A stretch of DNA of 64,000 bases from Scenedesmus sp. PABB004. Its lineage: Eukaryota. The position numbers and the translations under genes were made by a program. Every line of letters begins with the position of its first letter. Within the stretch, counting starts at the first letter, position 1. Below are positions 62,439 to 64,000 of this stretch, in pieces. Below the pieces are notes generated by a model that saw only the letters and a program-made list of their open reading frames with translations, did not search any database and was not told where the DNA came from. The stretch is taken from contig JABVCE010000018.1 of NCBI GenBank assembly GCA_014905635.1, positions 62,001-126,000 of the forward strand. The letters are read 5' to 3'.

Positions 62439-64000
62439 GGCTCCGCGTGGCAGCAGGGTGGGTGCTCTGTGATTGGGAAGAGCACGGCGTCGCCCTGCGG
62501 GCCGAGGCAGGCAAGCGGGTGAGTGCGCAAGCATGCGCAGCATGCTAGGAGGGGCGAGGTGGAGGGGGAGGGGGGAGGCACCGTTCTCACCGGCAGCGCG
62601 GGGCCGTCCAGCAGCAGCGGCGCCAGGCCGCTCCCCGAGCGCAGCACCGCGAGCTTGCCGCGCGGCGCGGCGCCGCACGCGACCAGCAGCTGCTGCTCCG
62701 GAAGGCTCCCTTCGGCGGCGCGGCGGCGAGCGCAGCGGTGAGGTATTGAGAAGGGGGGCGCGTGCAGGGGGCGGCCCACGTGACAGCAGCCCCAGGAGCG
62801 CCAGCCGCGCTCACCGGTGGGGTCCTGCAGGACGACCGCCGCCTGCGCGCCAGCCAGGCTGGGCATGACCGCGGACTGGAGCACGGGGCACGACAGCTCC
62901 AGCTGCTGCTGCTGCTGCTCCTCCTCCTCCGGCCCGGGCGCCGCCAGCGCGCAGCGCGGCAGGCCGACCACCTGGCTGCTGCTGCTGCGGCTGCCGAGCA
63001 GCAGCACGCCAGCCAGGGCCTGCTGCTCGCCCTGCGCCTCGTCGTCCCCGCACTGCATTGGCTCGGCGCCTCCCGTGCCGAAGGGCACAAACGTCAGCAC
63101 GTGCGGCACCGCCAGCGGGCTGCTGCCCGTGATGGGCCGCCAGAGGGCAGGCGCGCCAGCGCGCGGTTGCAGATGCACCAGGTGCAGCCCCGCCCGGTCA
63201 TCGCCGACCACAAAGCTGGCGTCCGACAGCGCGACGCAGCTGAGCGGCACGCCCGCCAGGCGCCACGCCAGCAGCTGCTGCGTGCGCACGCTGACCGCGG
63301 CCGCCTCCGCTGCAGTGCTGCTGCCTGCGCCGCCGCCGCCGCTGCCCGCGGCCTCGCCCGCGCTGCACAGCAGCACGCCCCGGCTGCTGATCAGCAGCGT
63401 GCCGGCGGGCAGCTGCCCCACGCCGGGAAAGGGCTGCAGCAGGTGCGTGGTGGGGTGCACGTTTCTGCGGCGCGCGGTGCACGCGCGTCTGAGGGCAGCC
63501 CCCGGCGCGGTGGCTTCTGGCGCAGACCCCCCGGCCGGCGCGGCGTGCGCGCCTGACGGACCACGGCCCCGGGCTGGCCTCGCCGGTCACCCAGTCCAGG
63601 GCGAGGCAGTCGCAGTGCACCACGGGCATCTGACCGTTTGCTGCGCGGCAGGCAGCACCGCGCGGCGAGGGTGAGCGCAGCTCGTGACGCCACCACGCGC
63701 ACGCCCGCGCCGCGCCGCGGGCGGCGCTCACGCGAAAACTCGTGGAGCACGGCCAGCAGCGAGCAGCCCCCGGGTCCAGCGCCTGCTCCCCCGGCGGCAG
63801 CCACGCCAGCGCCAGCACGCGCACGGACACGCGCACCGACGCCAGCGGCGCGTCGGCCGCGTCTGCGGCGGGCGCGCGCGTTGCGCGGTGAGCGCCGCGG
63901 CGCGGCCGCGCAGCGGCGCGCGCCCCCGCCGCCGCCCTGAGACCCACCTGGGACGCTGCAGCGCAGCAGCGCCTGCGTGCAGCGCACCGCGCGGGCCTGC
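58869..64000 (-). CDS. Divergent DDB1/CPSF160/SF3B3-family beta-propeller protein; 5' end at or beyond window edge
   Basis: QLLVACGAAPRGKLAVLRSGSGL, LLQVTPDGVWVL, LVVAAGLW, PRSVALL, LLVGTNSGSVLLWEL, LCFGALDATHKLRWRSRGLPGTPLAMALH occur in the same order as in DDB1. Confidence 0.72.
61381..61437. repeat. CAG repeat, polyQ19, in DDB1-like CDS
   Basis: (CTG)15 TTG (CTG)3 on + strand. Confidence 0.95.
62384..62437. repeat. CAG repeat, polyQ18, in DDB1-like CDS
   Basis: (CTG)18 on + strand. Confidence 0.95.

Overview
Gene-dense, extremely GC-rich eukaryotic DNA with many short (~90-150 bp) spliceosomal introns. Gene content and style point to a chlorophyte green alga (inference; a Sphaeropleales-like species is plausible). 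Reading by eye gives 14 protein genes: the 3' 19.5 kb of Hydin (+), a low-complexity hypothetical gene (-), DNA polymerase alpha B subunit (+), proteasome ATPase RPT1 (-), a putative plastid hypothetical protein (+), SQD2 (+), a CDSP32-like thioredoxin (+), splicing factor PRP6/STA1 (-), glutathione peroxidase (+), RPGRIP1L/fantom (-), a METTL2/6-like methyltransferase (-), a GT90 glycosyltransferase (+), a coiled-coil/bZIP-like protein (+) and a divergent DDB1-like protein (-, runs off the window). Most notable: (1) a ~0.6-1 kb inverted duplication of a bidirectional intergenic region that brackets the convergent POLA2-RPT1 pair; (2) about 20% of Hydin introns use GC donors; (3) an unusually long PRP6 intron with cassette-exon-like islands; (4) non-standard redox motifs in the GPX (CxC) and the CDSP32-like protein (AxxC). 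Exon models were built manually and need RNA-seq confirmation.
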